DNA of 64,000 bases from Oopsacas minuta (taxonomy: Eukaryota; Animalia; Porifera), in contig JAKMXF010000300.1 of assembly GCA_024704765.1 (NCBI GenBank), forward strand, positions 457,019 through 521,018, written 5' to 3'. A model generated the notes under the pieces. It ran no database searches. It had not been told where the DNA came from and saw only the letters and a list, made by a program, of their open reading frames with translations. The position numbers and the translations under genes were made by a program. This document shows, one piece after another, positions 23,765 to 34,671 of this stretch. How positions within the stretch are numbered: position 1 is the stretch's first letter; the number at the start of each line of letters is the position of its first letter.

Positions 23765-25172
23765 TCAGTCAATAGACACCATTGTGTTTCTCCACAGACT
23801 AGTCTTAGTAGACCGGACTACTACAGAGCCACAGGACACCACCTCACTCATAGAGAGAGGGATTGGCTCTGATACAGACGGGCTCTTATCTGGGGCAGAG
23901 GAATTGACACATCTCTCCATCTCTTGAGGATGTGAGATGGGAGGTAGTCTCATATGTTTCCTGATAGGAAGTATACGTGGCAGTTGTTTAGGGAGATCTT
24001 TTATAAGAATATTATCTAGCTGTGTGTCTAATTGACTACAGAACTCTGAGAATACAAAGGAGAAGTCTATAAAGTCTGATTTTTCCATAAACAACTGAGC
24101 AGTGTACTCATTCCTCTTAGAATGTGCTGTCATTCTATGTATCTTGTCTCTAGCTCTTCTAACCTCTACAATTGCTGCTTTTGACTCCTCTGAGATCTCA
24201 GAGAGGAGGGAGGGAGTAGACGTGATTAGATCAGATAAAGAGTGCATCTTTGGAGGCTTGTTAGCGTCGACTGCTAGTTTAATCTCAGCTAAAAACTTAT
24301 CTGTTGATCGAACATGGGATGAATCAGCTGGTATATTTGTCTCATGCATTCCTGTTATAGCCCAGGTGTTAGTTAGATCATCTGGCTCCTCTTCTATGGT
24401 AGAGGATACGGGGTGGGGAGGAGAGGGACGTTTGAACTTATCCTGAGATAGCATGGTATTCCAGAACAGCTCATGATCTACTCTACTTCTCAATAAGCCT
24501 TTTTTCTTCATTTTATACTCAGCCTCTACAATCTTATAGAATATAGAAGTTTGTAATTTTTGTAAGAATAGAGTATCATTCTTAAACTCTGATTTTAGAG
24601 CTCTTGGCTTTAGAGCTAGTCTAGCTCTCCTCTCTCTAGCTGCTCTGTTACGACACTTTAATTTCCATTTATTATCCATCTCCTTCTGTCTGTGTAGCTG
24701 TTCTTGTACATGTTCCTGTAACACCTCTAGATGTGCGTATTTATAATAGTTATGTAAAGGTTTCCAGTCTGATAACTGAGCTGATAGTGGTTTACATTTA
24801 GTGTGTGTTGAGCTATAAAAATATATAATAAATACATTACATTATTCACATAAACACTTACCTACTGCTGGCATCTGTGAGGGTACTGACAGAAGAACTC
24901 CTCCCTCCTGCTCTACTTCTCTTAGACAGATGAGTAGTAGCAGAACTGAAATGAGACTCAGTCTCTCTTTTAGAAGCACTAGTGTTAGTGACAAGAGATA
25001 CTGAGGGGGTAAGAAGCTGGAGAGGACAGATTTCCAGGGTTGGTATATCAACTTGAGATTGGAAATGCTCAGTGAGAGAAACTAATCGAGTCCTTATAGT
25101 CTCTAAATGCATCTGTAAAGCCTCTAGTATAAGGCCACATTCTGGATCTTGTGATGTAGCCTGTGTATCCAT
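23765..25172 (-). CDS. Uncharacterised protein, ~452 aa; exons 25172-24862 and 24812-23765
   Basis: A 49-nt GT-AG intron (24813-24861) joins two ORFs in frame (phase 2). It has a basic, coiled-coil-like segment but no recognised domain. Confidence 0.65.
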
Positions 25173-25305
25173 AGTATAAGCTAGCTATAACATTATGGAT
25201 CTGTCAGATATCAAATTTAATTATGAATAAATGTAATAAAGGAATTTATAAGACAACTCATGCGATAATTTAGCGCCAACCAGATAGTTAATGAATTCAT
25301 AAAAG

Positions 25306-27456
25306 TTACTTCCTCCTCTTAGTCAGTGTACTTGGTTCTGTAACGGAACCAGTTTCCAGAGAATGCTGCCCTCCAGATAGGATCAAGTAAGGAATGCCAG
25401 AAGTCTCCATCTTTCTAGTTGCCATAGCAACCGTGTTGAGGGGTGTGTCGAAAGAATTCATTTTCATCATTGACAATTCGTCCTCTGACTTTTTGAGTCG
25501 ACGCTCAGCTTTTAACTTTCCAGAACCTTTTCCATGGAATATGTGAGACATACGTCTGAATGCTTCTTTCTGCGAAAGTTCTCGCCCCAGATCATCCACA
25601 TACTCCAGCTTTATTTCAGGAATATAATCCTTCTTTTCTGGGAAAGAATCTCTATCTCTGTCTCTGTAATCATCTCTGCTATCCCTGGTCCTTTCTCTCT
25701 GGTCACCACCACGTGTCTGTTTGTCAAGCAGAGAATAGTTCCTAGCTGAGATATCGTTCTTGTGTTTAGACTCCTCAACAGTCTCAGTGTATCCCCCCTT
25801 AGTTCTAGATTGTTCTATGAACCCCTTCCTCTCTGCTAGCAGTAGAGTAGAAGTGATAGAGTGAGATACTATAGGTTCTGCTTCAAAGTAATCTTCTCTA
25901 TCTTCACTCTTTATATGAGGTTTAAAGTCTGATCCGTTCTTCAATTCCTTCCAGCCGTCTCTCTCTTCTTCCCCCTCAGAACCCAGCTCCATAGCTTCAT
26001 GATTATCTGTTCTCATTTCAGACAGATTATCGTGTAGTCTGTTACGAGATAGAGACGACTGAGTATTGAGAGATCTCACAAACTCCTGGGTACTATCAAA
26101 TATCATAGCAGATGGCTTGACATCAGCTGTTGATATATCAGCTGATTTTATTCGTGTAGTCTGACGAGCAATAGCAGCAGCTCTGTCTATAGGATCCATA
26201 CCTCTATTCGAGAAGGCGGTCTCTCTTAATTTACGAATCCTATCTATGGCATTAGCTAGGTTATCCTCCTCATCAGCTGATGGGATTATTGACAGAGGAG
26301 TATCCATGGTAGCTTCACTGGGACCTATTACGTCATCAGAATTAATCTTTCTACTTTGAAAGGTAGTAACAGAGGGAGGAGGGGAGCTAGTCTCTGGTGC
26401 TCTATCTCTAGATCCCAGGTCTGTAGGAGGGAGGAGAGGAGAGGACTGTTGGAGGAGATCTTCTGCTCGGAGAGGAACAACTTTTCTTCGTTTCTTAATC
26501 CTCCTAAACTTCTCAGCTATCTCCTCTGACGTCATTACTTGACTAGCATACTTATGCTCGAAATTAAGATCTACCTCCCTCTTGCCCAGCTGTGAGAGAA
26601 TAGATTCTCTCTTCTTACTCTCTTGTAGTACAGAGCTGTCTGTGTCTAGCTGTCCGTTATCTGACAAGTAAAATGATTGAGTTTTCTCGCCAGATATTTC
26701 ATCATCATATTTAGCAAGGACGTTGCCTACCTGTCTCTCTCCTCTCAGAGCACTCTCAATACCCTCTAATGCTGTCTCTGAATCAGCTAAAGGATCATAT
26801 ATTCCTGTGCGTAGTCCTTTTGTCTCTCTATTCTTACTAGCTCTGTCAATATCTATCATGGTAGGATTCTGTAAGGTCTCTTCTGTCTCTTCGTCTAGAA
26901 TATCTCTATCCTTGAGTGTCAGGATGTTCTCTTCTCCTTCCAAGAACCCTCCTACATCGTGTCCTATCTTCATGCCCTTCAAATCACTGCTCCGATACTT
27001 GTTATCCTTCTTGTCCTTAGTAGGTTTATCTTCCTGATATTTCTTATCAAACTCAAGCTGACGACTGCGTTCTACCCAATTTCTGACTTCATTCACATCC
27101 AGAGCATCAGCAGATTGGGTAGGACTTTGGTTTCGCTGACGTTTCAACTTCCTTTCATCTAATTTCTGTCTAAGAAGGAGAGTACGATCTGTAACGGTAT
27201 TACTGTCAGATAAGTGATGAGTGACGTCATTAGTAACGGAATCAGAGGATGGACTTTGCTTTTCTCTGTTGCGATTAGAACTTTTATGCTTTGATGGAGA
27301 CGGTGATCTTCTTAAACGTTTATGAGAGGTAGTGTGTCTAGGAGATACTGACCTCTCTCTCCCCTTTTTGCTATCAGATCTGTGTTTCTTCCTAGCCTCA
27401 TGTCCAGGACTGTACACGTGTCTATGTCTGTTAGTGTGTAACTCTTTAGAACTCAT
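25306..27456 (-). CDS. SART1: U4/U6.U5 tri-snRNP-associated protein 1 (SART1/Snu66), single exon
   Basis: RS-like N-terminus, NWVERSR, DLKGMKIGHD, ILTLKDRDIL, IKLEYVDDLGRELSQKEAFRRMSHIFHGKGSGKLKAERR, SFDTPL..PYLILSG. Confidence 0.93.
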   Translation of the reverse strand: MSSKELHTNRHRHVYSPGHEARKKHRSDSKKGRERSVSPRHTTSHKRLRRSPSPSKHKSSNRNREKQSPSSDSVTNDVTHHLSDSNTVTDRTLLLRQKLDERKLKRQRNQSPTQSADALDVNEVRNWVERSRQLEFDKKYQEDKPTKDKKDNKYRSSDLKGMKIGHDVGGFLEGEENILTLKDRDILDEETEETLQNPTMIDIDRASKNRETKGLRTGIYDPLADSETALEGIESALRGERQVGNVLAKYDDEISGEKTQSFYLSDNGQLDTDSSVLQESKKRESILSQLGKREVDLNFEHKYASQVMTSEEIAEKFRRIKKRRKVVPLRAEDLLQQSSPLLPPTDLGSRDRAPETSSPPPSVTTFQSRKINSDDVIGPSEATMDTPLSIIPSADEEDNLANAIDRIRKLRETAFSNRGMDPIDRAAAIARQTTRIKSADISTADVKPSAMIFDSTQEFVRSLNTQSSLSRNRLHDNLSEMRTDNHEAMELGSEGEEERDGWKELKNGSDFKPHIKSEDREDYFEAEPIVSHSITSTLLLAERKGFIEQSRTKGGYTETVEESKHKNDISARNYSLLDKQTRGGDQRERTRDSRDDYRDRDRDSFPEKKDYIPEIKLEYVDDLGRELSQKEAFRRMSHIFHGKGSGKLKAERRLKKSEDELSMMKMNSFDTPLNTVAMATRKMETSGIPYLILSGGQHSLETGSVTEPSTLTKRRK

Positions 27457-28723
27457 TCAATCAATCTAGTTATGAATACAATTACCAATAAATAAGAGCA
27501 ATATAATGGTAATGTTATTTATTGGAACTACAGGTGTCAAGTGCAGGCAAATTACATAAATTTGAAGGGGGAAAGGTATTATTGTCCCGATTAGCAAGGT
27601 TGTAAACACAGTCTTTGCATATTTACGATCTTGTTTATGTTTGTTATACCATTGTATCTAACATGATAAGTTACAGTCAATACTAATTGATAACCGATTT
27701 ACTTGTAAAAATTATAATAATAAGCGGGTAAAGGTGACTTGTTAATTGGCTACGTGTATGTTTGATTAGATACGTAGAGCAAAGAAATCTTCCAATCTTT
27801 GTACACACATTTTTTGAATAAACTGAATGACTTTCTAAATAAGTGTCAATGCAGATGGTTGCTTTATTCAAGTCATAGGGATACTAATTTTGTACAAGTT
27901 TATTTCTTATCTGTAGCATCATAAATGAGAATCTCATCGAGTATTTTACGGGTCACTTTTAAACTGTCAGTTAGGGGATTCGGTTCAATGACAGATTATA
28001 GCTGATGGCTTATTGACAGATTATTGATGGGTTATGTTGTTACTTGTAAGTAAGTAACAAATTAACTTGATTGAAAACTAATCCACAGCTTAAGAAATGG
28101 CTTCATATAGTTGTTGCAAGAATGGTGGTGCTAATTGGCTCATAGGGAGCACTTATAGATTTCAAAACAATGATTTTGTATAGAATGTAATGTATGGACC
28201 ATATATGGGCAGTTGGGCACAATGATATATGTCTCCTTTGCAACTCTCTATGGTACATTTACACATAATTAATAATCTTCACAGAGTTCTATGACATTAT
28301 ATATCAACAATATTATCCCCTATTGAATTGGAACGTTACAGACAGGGGCGTGTATATATTTCGGCCTTAGAGGGAGGGGGGATATTAATGGATGTCTCTG
28401 TGAATATTCGAGATAATACAAGAATAAATGGAAATCAGAAAACAGTGGATGACCTTAAAAGGTGTGTATACACAAAAATTGAGTTATGTGCGGGTAGAAT
28501 GGTACAGGTAGATTAGATTAGAAATCACGAATTTCAAATGGGTTAAACAGCTGGCAATTTGCATTTAAGAGAAGTAACAACTGCTCTCGAGGCTAAATAC
28601 AAAATCATTTTCAACATAGAAGAAGCCAATAGTAAACAGAGAGTAACATAATCAGCTGGCAACTACTGAGTCTTGTGAAAAGAGTTGACGACAGATTAGT
28701 TAAGAACATATCAGTTCAATCAG

Positions 28724-28731
28724 TATAAATA
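28724..28731 (+). promoter_or_regulatory. Putative TATA box (TATAAATA within CAGTATAAATA) of ankyrin copy A
   Basis: Ends 66 nt upstream of the ATG at 28798. The same 11-mer occurs upstream of the paralog in otherwise unrelated flanking DNA. Confidence 0.45.
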
Positions 28732-28797
28732 GGCTACTCATTAGCATTGGGAATATAACGTACCAAAATTTATCACATAACAACAAGCCAATACAAT

Positions 28798-29529
28798 ATG
28801 AAAGTAACATTCAGGATATTAGATGAGTTAATTGACTCAATAAAACAACACGATTTGTTAGAGTTAAAGAAGTTGATCCCGCTATTGAGCAGAAATGAAA
28901 TCAATGAGAGATCTGCTACAGGATTAGCTCCAATACATTATGCTTGTTTGGAAGGTCAAATCAAAATAGTTGAATGCCTTTTGAGAAACAAAGCCAATCC
29001 TTCTCTACAAGATGTAGAAGGTTGGACACCTTTACACATAGCTGCTACAAGAAATATCTATGATTTAGCTGTCTGTTTGATGGGGTTTGGAGCTGATCTA
29101 TCAATTTCTAACAGTGATCAGGAAACTCCCTTACAGTTAGCAGAAGATAATAAACTAATCCGTCTGTTAGAAAGAAAGGGGAGCTCAGAATCTGACGCAG
29201 AAGAGAGAGAAGAACAAGAAGAGCAAGCTCTCCTCTCAGCTCTCAGGAAAGCTAAGAGGATGAACTGTGTAGATAAGTGGGAGGAGAGTTTAGGGATCAG
29301 TGAAGAAGGCAGCATTCTACATCTAGCTGCAGCATATGGTTACTGTCATCTAGTAGAATACATCTGTGAAGAGAAGCTAGTGAATGTGAATGGGAAAGAC
29401 AGAGATGAATGGACTCCTCTACATGTAGCTAGTTACTGGCAATACAGTGATATCATGGAGGTGTTGTTAACACACGGAGCTAACCCTTGTTTGGTTACTA
29501 AAGTGTACAACAGACCGAGTGACTTGTAG
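28798..29529 (+). CDS. Ankyrin-repeat protein, 243 aa, copy A
   Basis: Two ankyrin pairs (GLAPIHYAC, GWTPLHIAA; GSILHLAA, EWTPLHVAS) separated by an acidic linker; single exon. Confidence 0.9.
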   Translation: MKVTFRILDELIDSIKQHDLLELKKLIPLLSRNEINERSATGLAPIHYACLEGQIKIVECLLRNKANPSLQDVEGWTPLHIAATRNIYDLAVCLMGFGADLSISNSDQETPLQLAEDNKLIRLLERKGSSESDAEEREEQEEQALLSALRKAKRMNCVDKWEESLGISEEGSILHLAAAYGYCHLVEYICEEKLVNVNGKDRDEWTPLHVASYWQYSDIMEVLLTHGANPCLVTKVYNRPSDL

Positions 29530-30402
29530 CAATTGGATCATTGAGTTGTAGCGGAATTTAATTTTATTTGCTTCTCGCTTTCACGATCGATTTATATTTT
29601 GTATTTTGAATTAATTAAATCAAAGAACGAATTATTTAGACTTTTATTCTCAAAATAGATTATTTAGATAGGAAACATGGAAGCAACAAAATGTTGTCTA
29701 AGATAAATATAACAAAACTTAGAGCTAAAATATTTTTCTAGCTTCCTCGTTGATAAGGGAACTTTTGAATAAAAGTTTAAAATAAATTTAAAAGGAAGCC
29801 TGCCTCTGTAAGGCTAGAAGTCCTCTGTCTGTGAATAAATTTAATATTTTATAGCTTCATGTCATTCAAGCTGATATGAACAAATGACCTAGGGTTCATT
29901 CAGTGAGGAAGGGCATATGGTTGGTACTGCTTACTCTACAACAAATATATATCTGAAACAGAAATTATAGAATTAGTAATTTCAACTTCTAAATAAGGAG
30001 AATAAAGATGTTTCAATACAAATAAAAATAGAAATATATTTGTTTGAAAAACACTAATTATATTATTGAATTACGTAATCAATTAATTAATGAATTGTTT
30101 AGTAGACAATATTTGCTGATGGCAGTAGTATTCTCAGAGAAAACCTAATATGTAAGCATTTTAAGAGAGAACACATATTAATAATATTTGTGTAACAAAT
30201 TACATTTTTAAAAATAAAGTGGGCGAATTCAATCCCCAACTACATTGCCCAGTGTAATGATGTGTATTAGTTTTATATTACAAGAATATTTTCAGTGAAA
30301 ATAGAAAATGTATAACCAAATAGAATAAAATATTCTCTCTTTCAAAGAGAGATATTAAATATGCAAATGCAAATTCGTGTAATATTTGTTAGATGTACTG
30401 GA

Positions 30403-31134
30403 TTACAAGTCACTCGGTCTGTTGTACACTTTAGTAACCAAACAAGGGTTAGCTCCGTGTGTTAACAACACCTCCATGATATCACTGTATTGCCAGTAAC
30501 TAGCTACATGTAGAGGAGTCCATTCATCTCTGTCTTTCCCATTCACATTCACTAGCTTCTCTTCACAGATGTATTCTACTAGATGACAGTAACCATATGC
30601 TGCAGCTAGATGTAGAATGCTGCCTTCTTCACTGATCCCTAAACTCTCCTCCCACTTATCTACACAGTTCATCCTCTTAGCTTTCCTGAGAGCTGAGAGG
30701 AGAGCTTGCTCTTCTTGTTCTTCTCTCTCTTCTGCGTCAGATTCTGAGCTCCCCTTTCTTTCTAACAGACGGATTAGTTCATCCGCTTCTGCTACTTCAA
30801 ACGGAGTTTCTTGATCACCGTTACTGACAGAAAGATCAGCTCCAAACCCCATTAAACAGACAGCTAAATCATAGTTATTAGTTGTAGCAGCTATGTGTAA
30901 AGGTGTCCAACCTTCTACATCTTGTAGAGAAGGATTAGCTTTGTTTCTCAAAAGACATTCTACCATTTTGATTTGACCTTCCAAACAAGCATAATGTATT
31001 GGAGCTAATCCTGTAGCAGATCTCTCATTGATTTCATTTCTCTCCAAGAACGGGATAATAAGCTCGAATTCCCTCATAGAATGTTGTTTAATTGTATCAA
31101 TTAATTCATCAATAATATTAAATGTTACAGACAT
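30403..31134 (-). CDS. Ankyrin-repeat protein, 243 aa, copy B (inverted duplicate of copy A)
   Basis: Same length and architecture as 28798-29529; the C-terminal ~125 codons are identical at DNA level. Confidence 0.9.
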   Translation of the reverse strand: MSVTFNIIDELIDTIKQHSMREFELIIPFLERNEINERSATGLAPIHYACLEGQIKMVECLLRNKANPSLQDVEGWTPLHIAATTNNYDLAVCLMGFGADLSVSNGDQETPFEVAEADELIRLLERKGSSESDAEEREEQEEQALLSALRKAKRMNCVDKWEESLGISEEGSILHLAAAYGYCHLVEYICEEKLVNVNGKDRDEWTPLHVASYWQYSDIMEVLLTHGANPCLVTKVYNRPSDL

Positions 31135-31183
31135 GTTGAAATCTTATTTGTATTACCAGTTTAGCATTTGATAGCTTACTTGT

Positions 31184-31191
31184 TATTTATA
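31184..31191 (-). promoter_or_regulatory. Putative TATA box (TATAAATA within CAGTATAAATA) of ankyrin copy B
   Basis: The reverse strand reads CAGTATAAATA at 31194-31184, ending 49 nt upstream of the ATG at 31134. Confidence 0.45.
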
Positions 31192-32167
31192 CTGTATTGC
31201 TGTACTCGGATTTACAATTGAAAGTAATCAAAGATCTCAAAATCTTATCTGTGCTACGTGTACAGTTCAGACGTGTAAAAATTGTACTCACACTATTTTG
31301 CAACTATCCAGAGGATAGGAAGAGGGCAATACCTGAATATATGTTATTACGAATGTGCATTTATGAGGGAAATAGGAAATACTTTTATCAATCTGAATGT
31401 TTACATGAATTCTAAGATTACAACACTATGACCTATTTTATGATAAAAGAAATTGCTATTTATTCCCAAATCATTAATAACAAAAAGACAAGCCATTAAT
31501 TCTAATACGTAGACTGTCAATCTGGCAGGTAGCATGGTTCATGAATACGTTTCTATAGTATAATGTCGATTTAACAACTGATAGTAAATCCAAGTACTGC
31601 TGATGATTTTTTATAGATACGAATGGTAGTGTAGATTATTTGGTAGAGAAAGTTCAGCATTGTAAGAAGATAAATTTGGTGAGGAATTCAGACTAGTACG
31701 CAATTCCTACCAATTACATGAATCGTGCCTTATTCAAAATTAAGTCAATAAGAAGCTCAAAGATCAAAGTAATACGGGTATGATTCAAACACATAAAGCA
31801 GCTCCCAGAAACTCTAAGATTTATAATCATTTCAAACATTCAAATATTTGGAGTTTAGACCAAATAAGTTAAACTTCCAATAATTATTGCAGCAAGACAA
31901 TTACTAAAAGTTGAGTCTACAAATCACATATATTAGGTAGTCACAATAATATTGTCGCATCTATTAGCACACGGATGTCAAATTACAAGTTGTTTACTCG
32001 AAAATTGATTTCAATGAGGTCAATTAACTTATGTGAAGTTTAAACGTATTTAGACTGAGGCGGAGAAAGAAATACAATTATTATTATTATTGCAACTATT
32101 TAATTAGCAAAGTGAATACCAAATAAGCTATTAGAAATACTGAATTACTATTTACATGATAATTCAA

Positions 32168-32980
32168 TCAATCCTGATCATCTGCACCATCCATAGCTTT
32201 AGTGTTAACATCCAAATCTTCTCCGTACTGTATAGTCATATCAATTTGTAGCAGAACATTATCCTTAGATCCCTCGTCTGATATATCCAAGGGGAGGAAT
32301 TGAACAAAACTGTAGTCGTTTATGAGACTGCTGATTGCTTTGTTCAGCTTCTGATACTTAGGATCAACATGAGCACTGACTTCATCCAACAGGTCATGAG
32401 GGTCTGGATCCAAATACTTGTCCAATGACTTCTTAGCCTTTGAGGACAATAGGTCTATCTTAGATAGAATGTTAATGTGAGGGAGTTCTAACAAAATCAT
32501 GGAGCTGAGGGCAGTCATTATACCAGAGAACATCTTGGTAGCATCAACAATAAAATGGCAATCTAACAGGAAAACCGAGCAAATATTAAAATTCCAACTT
32601 TTCAGCACATCAGCGAACTGTCTCATAGCTGGAATGTGTGTGTATAATTCTATTTGTCCAGGACAGTCAAATAGAATATAATCATCTTCTGAATCACCTA
32701 ATTTCTCTTCTAACCATTCTATATTCTGTAGAAAGAATTCCATACAGAATACCAACCCCCCATTCGGTCCAAAGTTCAATTCCTCATCCTCCATCACGTC
32801 AGTAACTTGTACTAGCTCCCTGATATCAGCTATCACGGGGTAGTCAAAGTGCTCTGCTGCTGGATCCATATTCACAACATACACAGTTCTATGTATTGTT
32901 TCACAATGCTGCTGTATCATATGACAGTATGTCGATTTACCACTACCGGCAGGTCCTATCACCAATTGTCCGTAGCGCAT
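32168..32980 (-). CDS. GPN3: GPN-loop GTPase 3
   Basis: [69 protein letters not shown]. The true start is likely the ATG at 32980. Confidence 0.95.
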   Translation of the reverse strand: MRYGQLVIGPAGSGKSTYCHMIQQHCETIHRTVYVVNMDPAAEHFDYPVIADIRELVQVTDVMEDEELNFGPNGGLVFCMEFFLQNIEWLEEKLGDSEDDYILFDCPGQIELYTHIPAMRQFADVLKSWNFNICSVFLLDCHFIVDATKMFSGIMTALSSMILLELPHINILSKIDLLSSKAKKSLDKYLDPDPHDLLDEVSAHVDPKYQKLNKAISSLINDYSFVQFLPLDISDEGSKDNVLLQIDMTIQYGEDLDVNTKAMDGADDQD

Positions 32981-33872
32981 TCTATCGTATCGTATCAATT
33001 ACTAATTACTCTCAAAAGAGAATGTAATACATTAGCATTAGTAGTAACTAGCTGGTCAGATAGATTCTGAGTATAGTTATGATCATTAAAATATCTCTAG
33101 ATTTTATCGAGAGGAAGATAACTCAGTGGTTTCACTATCTACCTTTCTCCTAATAAGGACAAATAGATTTAATGGAATGCAGTGTACGACACATTATAAA
33201 TAATCTTATAAGGATCATTCTTAATAATCAATATTTATTTAAATTATTTAATGCTAAACATGGACAACATCAAAAAATCTATAATTTTATAAATCTGTGA
33301 GGACAACAAATACATAGCTAGCAACATCTTACAATCATCCTTGAGCAATATGGCAAACTGCAACACAAGTAACAAAACTACCCAAATTTAGAATAACAAG
33401 CAGAGCTAGAATGCTCAATTCAAAGTCTGATAAAGTTAATACTGAGGAAGAAGCTATACTGTATTACCCCATAAAGGTTTCAACTTAGAAATCTCATTAG
33501 AATTAGAAAATTTTGGGAATCTTATGGAGCAAAATAGAAACCAATAAAAGAACATGATTTCCAAATGATGTGTAAACAGTGCGGTGCCGTCAACTGATAG
33601 ATTTGAATTAGAGGGTATCTTAATTCAAACATCACAGATTGCACTATTTGAATTAGTTATAATTAACTGATTAATTACAGGAGCTAATGACTTGTGTCAT
33701 TAGTAAATATTTCAATTGTTTACTGTAGCATTTCGGTAATTAGCATTGATTACGAAGTTCACCGAATACTTTCAGTAACTACGTAAGCTAGTTTGTTAAT
33801 ATTGATTGGAATTAATAATATCTTATATTTAATAAAGTAGTAATTTGTTCTAAATAACATACGAAAATTGTT

Positions 33873-34532
33873 TCAATTAAATTTAAGATTAGCAAGTTTC
33901 TTAGAATATTCTCCCCGATAAAAGAGTAATATTTTATCAGCTTCTCCTAATGCTAATTGCAGACACTGTTGGTAGTGTTGAGGTGAGAAATTACCCCAGG
34001 CATGACAGAATAATTCTCGTTTGGTTGGCATTTCAATAACAAACACAAACACACTCTCTGCTTCAAATTCTTGTTCCTTATTTGGGCTAATTATTGGGTC
34101 TTTGTTGCTACTGATTTCATTTGGAATAGCAATGGTTAGAGCTACAAAAGAATGTAACATTGCAATGCCAGCATCCAAGAGGGCAAGAAAGCAAGCATTG
34201 AATATAGTTGATAGGAAACAGCTCCCTGCTACTCCCTCATGTATTGCAATACAAATTATTGCCCTGGGAAATAGGGACCTGGCTATTACAGATTCTAATA
34301 TTTTCTTAATGCTAGCAACACATACGTTTTCGGTAGGGGAAGAGGGCTGCACTTTTCTGGGGCAGAAATGTACTGAAAGTATTGCTTCATTTGCAAGATC
34401 AATTTGCTGGCGAGACTCAGCTGGGCCTTGTACTGATACGGTAACAAGAGAGCTCCGGAAGTAGAGGCGGGAAGATCCATCTGATTTGGATAATAACCCT
34501 AAATCAACTTCTTTTAGCTCTTCGCGTATCAT
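33873..34532 (-). CDS. EXOSC5: Exosome complex component RRP46 (RNase PH fold)
   Basis: LGLLSKSDGSS, VTVSVQGPAE, LFPRAIICIAIHE, FNACFLALLDAGIAM. Confidence 0.88.
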   Translation of the reverse strand: MIREELKEVDLGLLSKSDGSSRLYFRSSLVTVSVQGPAESRQQIDLANEAILSVHFCPRKVQPSSPTENVCVASIKKILESVIARSLFPRAIICIAIHEGVAGSCFLSTIFNACFLALLDAGIAMLHSFVALTIAIPNEISSNKDPIISPNKEQEFEAESVFVFVIEMPTKRELFCHAWGNFSPQHYQQCLQLALGEADKILLFYRGEYSKKLANLKFN

Positions 34533-34671
34533 TATGCAAAATATTGTATTCTAACCTCAAACAATGAATAGATATTATAAACTGACAGATCTATAAACTA
34601 CTATAAATAATTCTAACACACAGGTAGCAACAAATTTCATCCACAGTTAATGGACTTAAGTGATAAGCAAT

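Noticed and set aside
28340-28381. CAGGGGCGTG..GAGGGAGGGGG resembling the end of a hAT/MITE element
   Set aside because: No matching inverted terminus or target-site duplication was found nearby; at most it is a relic.
31197-31415. Short ORFs in the intergenic gaps 27460-28790, 31140-32160 and 33000-33870, including a Cys-rich frame (ICATCTVQTCKNC)
   Set aside because: They lack convincing starts, length or splice context. No tRNA, rRNA, snRNA or SL RNA gene could be recognised in these gaps by eye.
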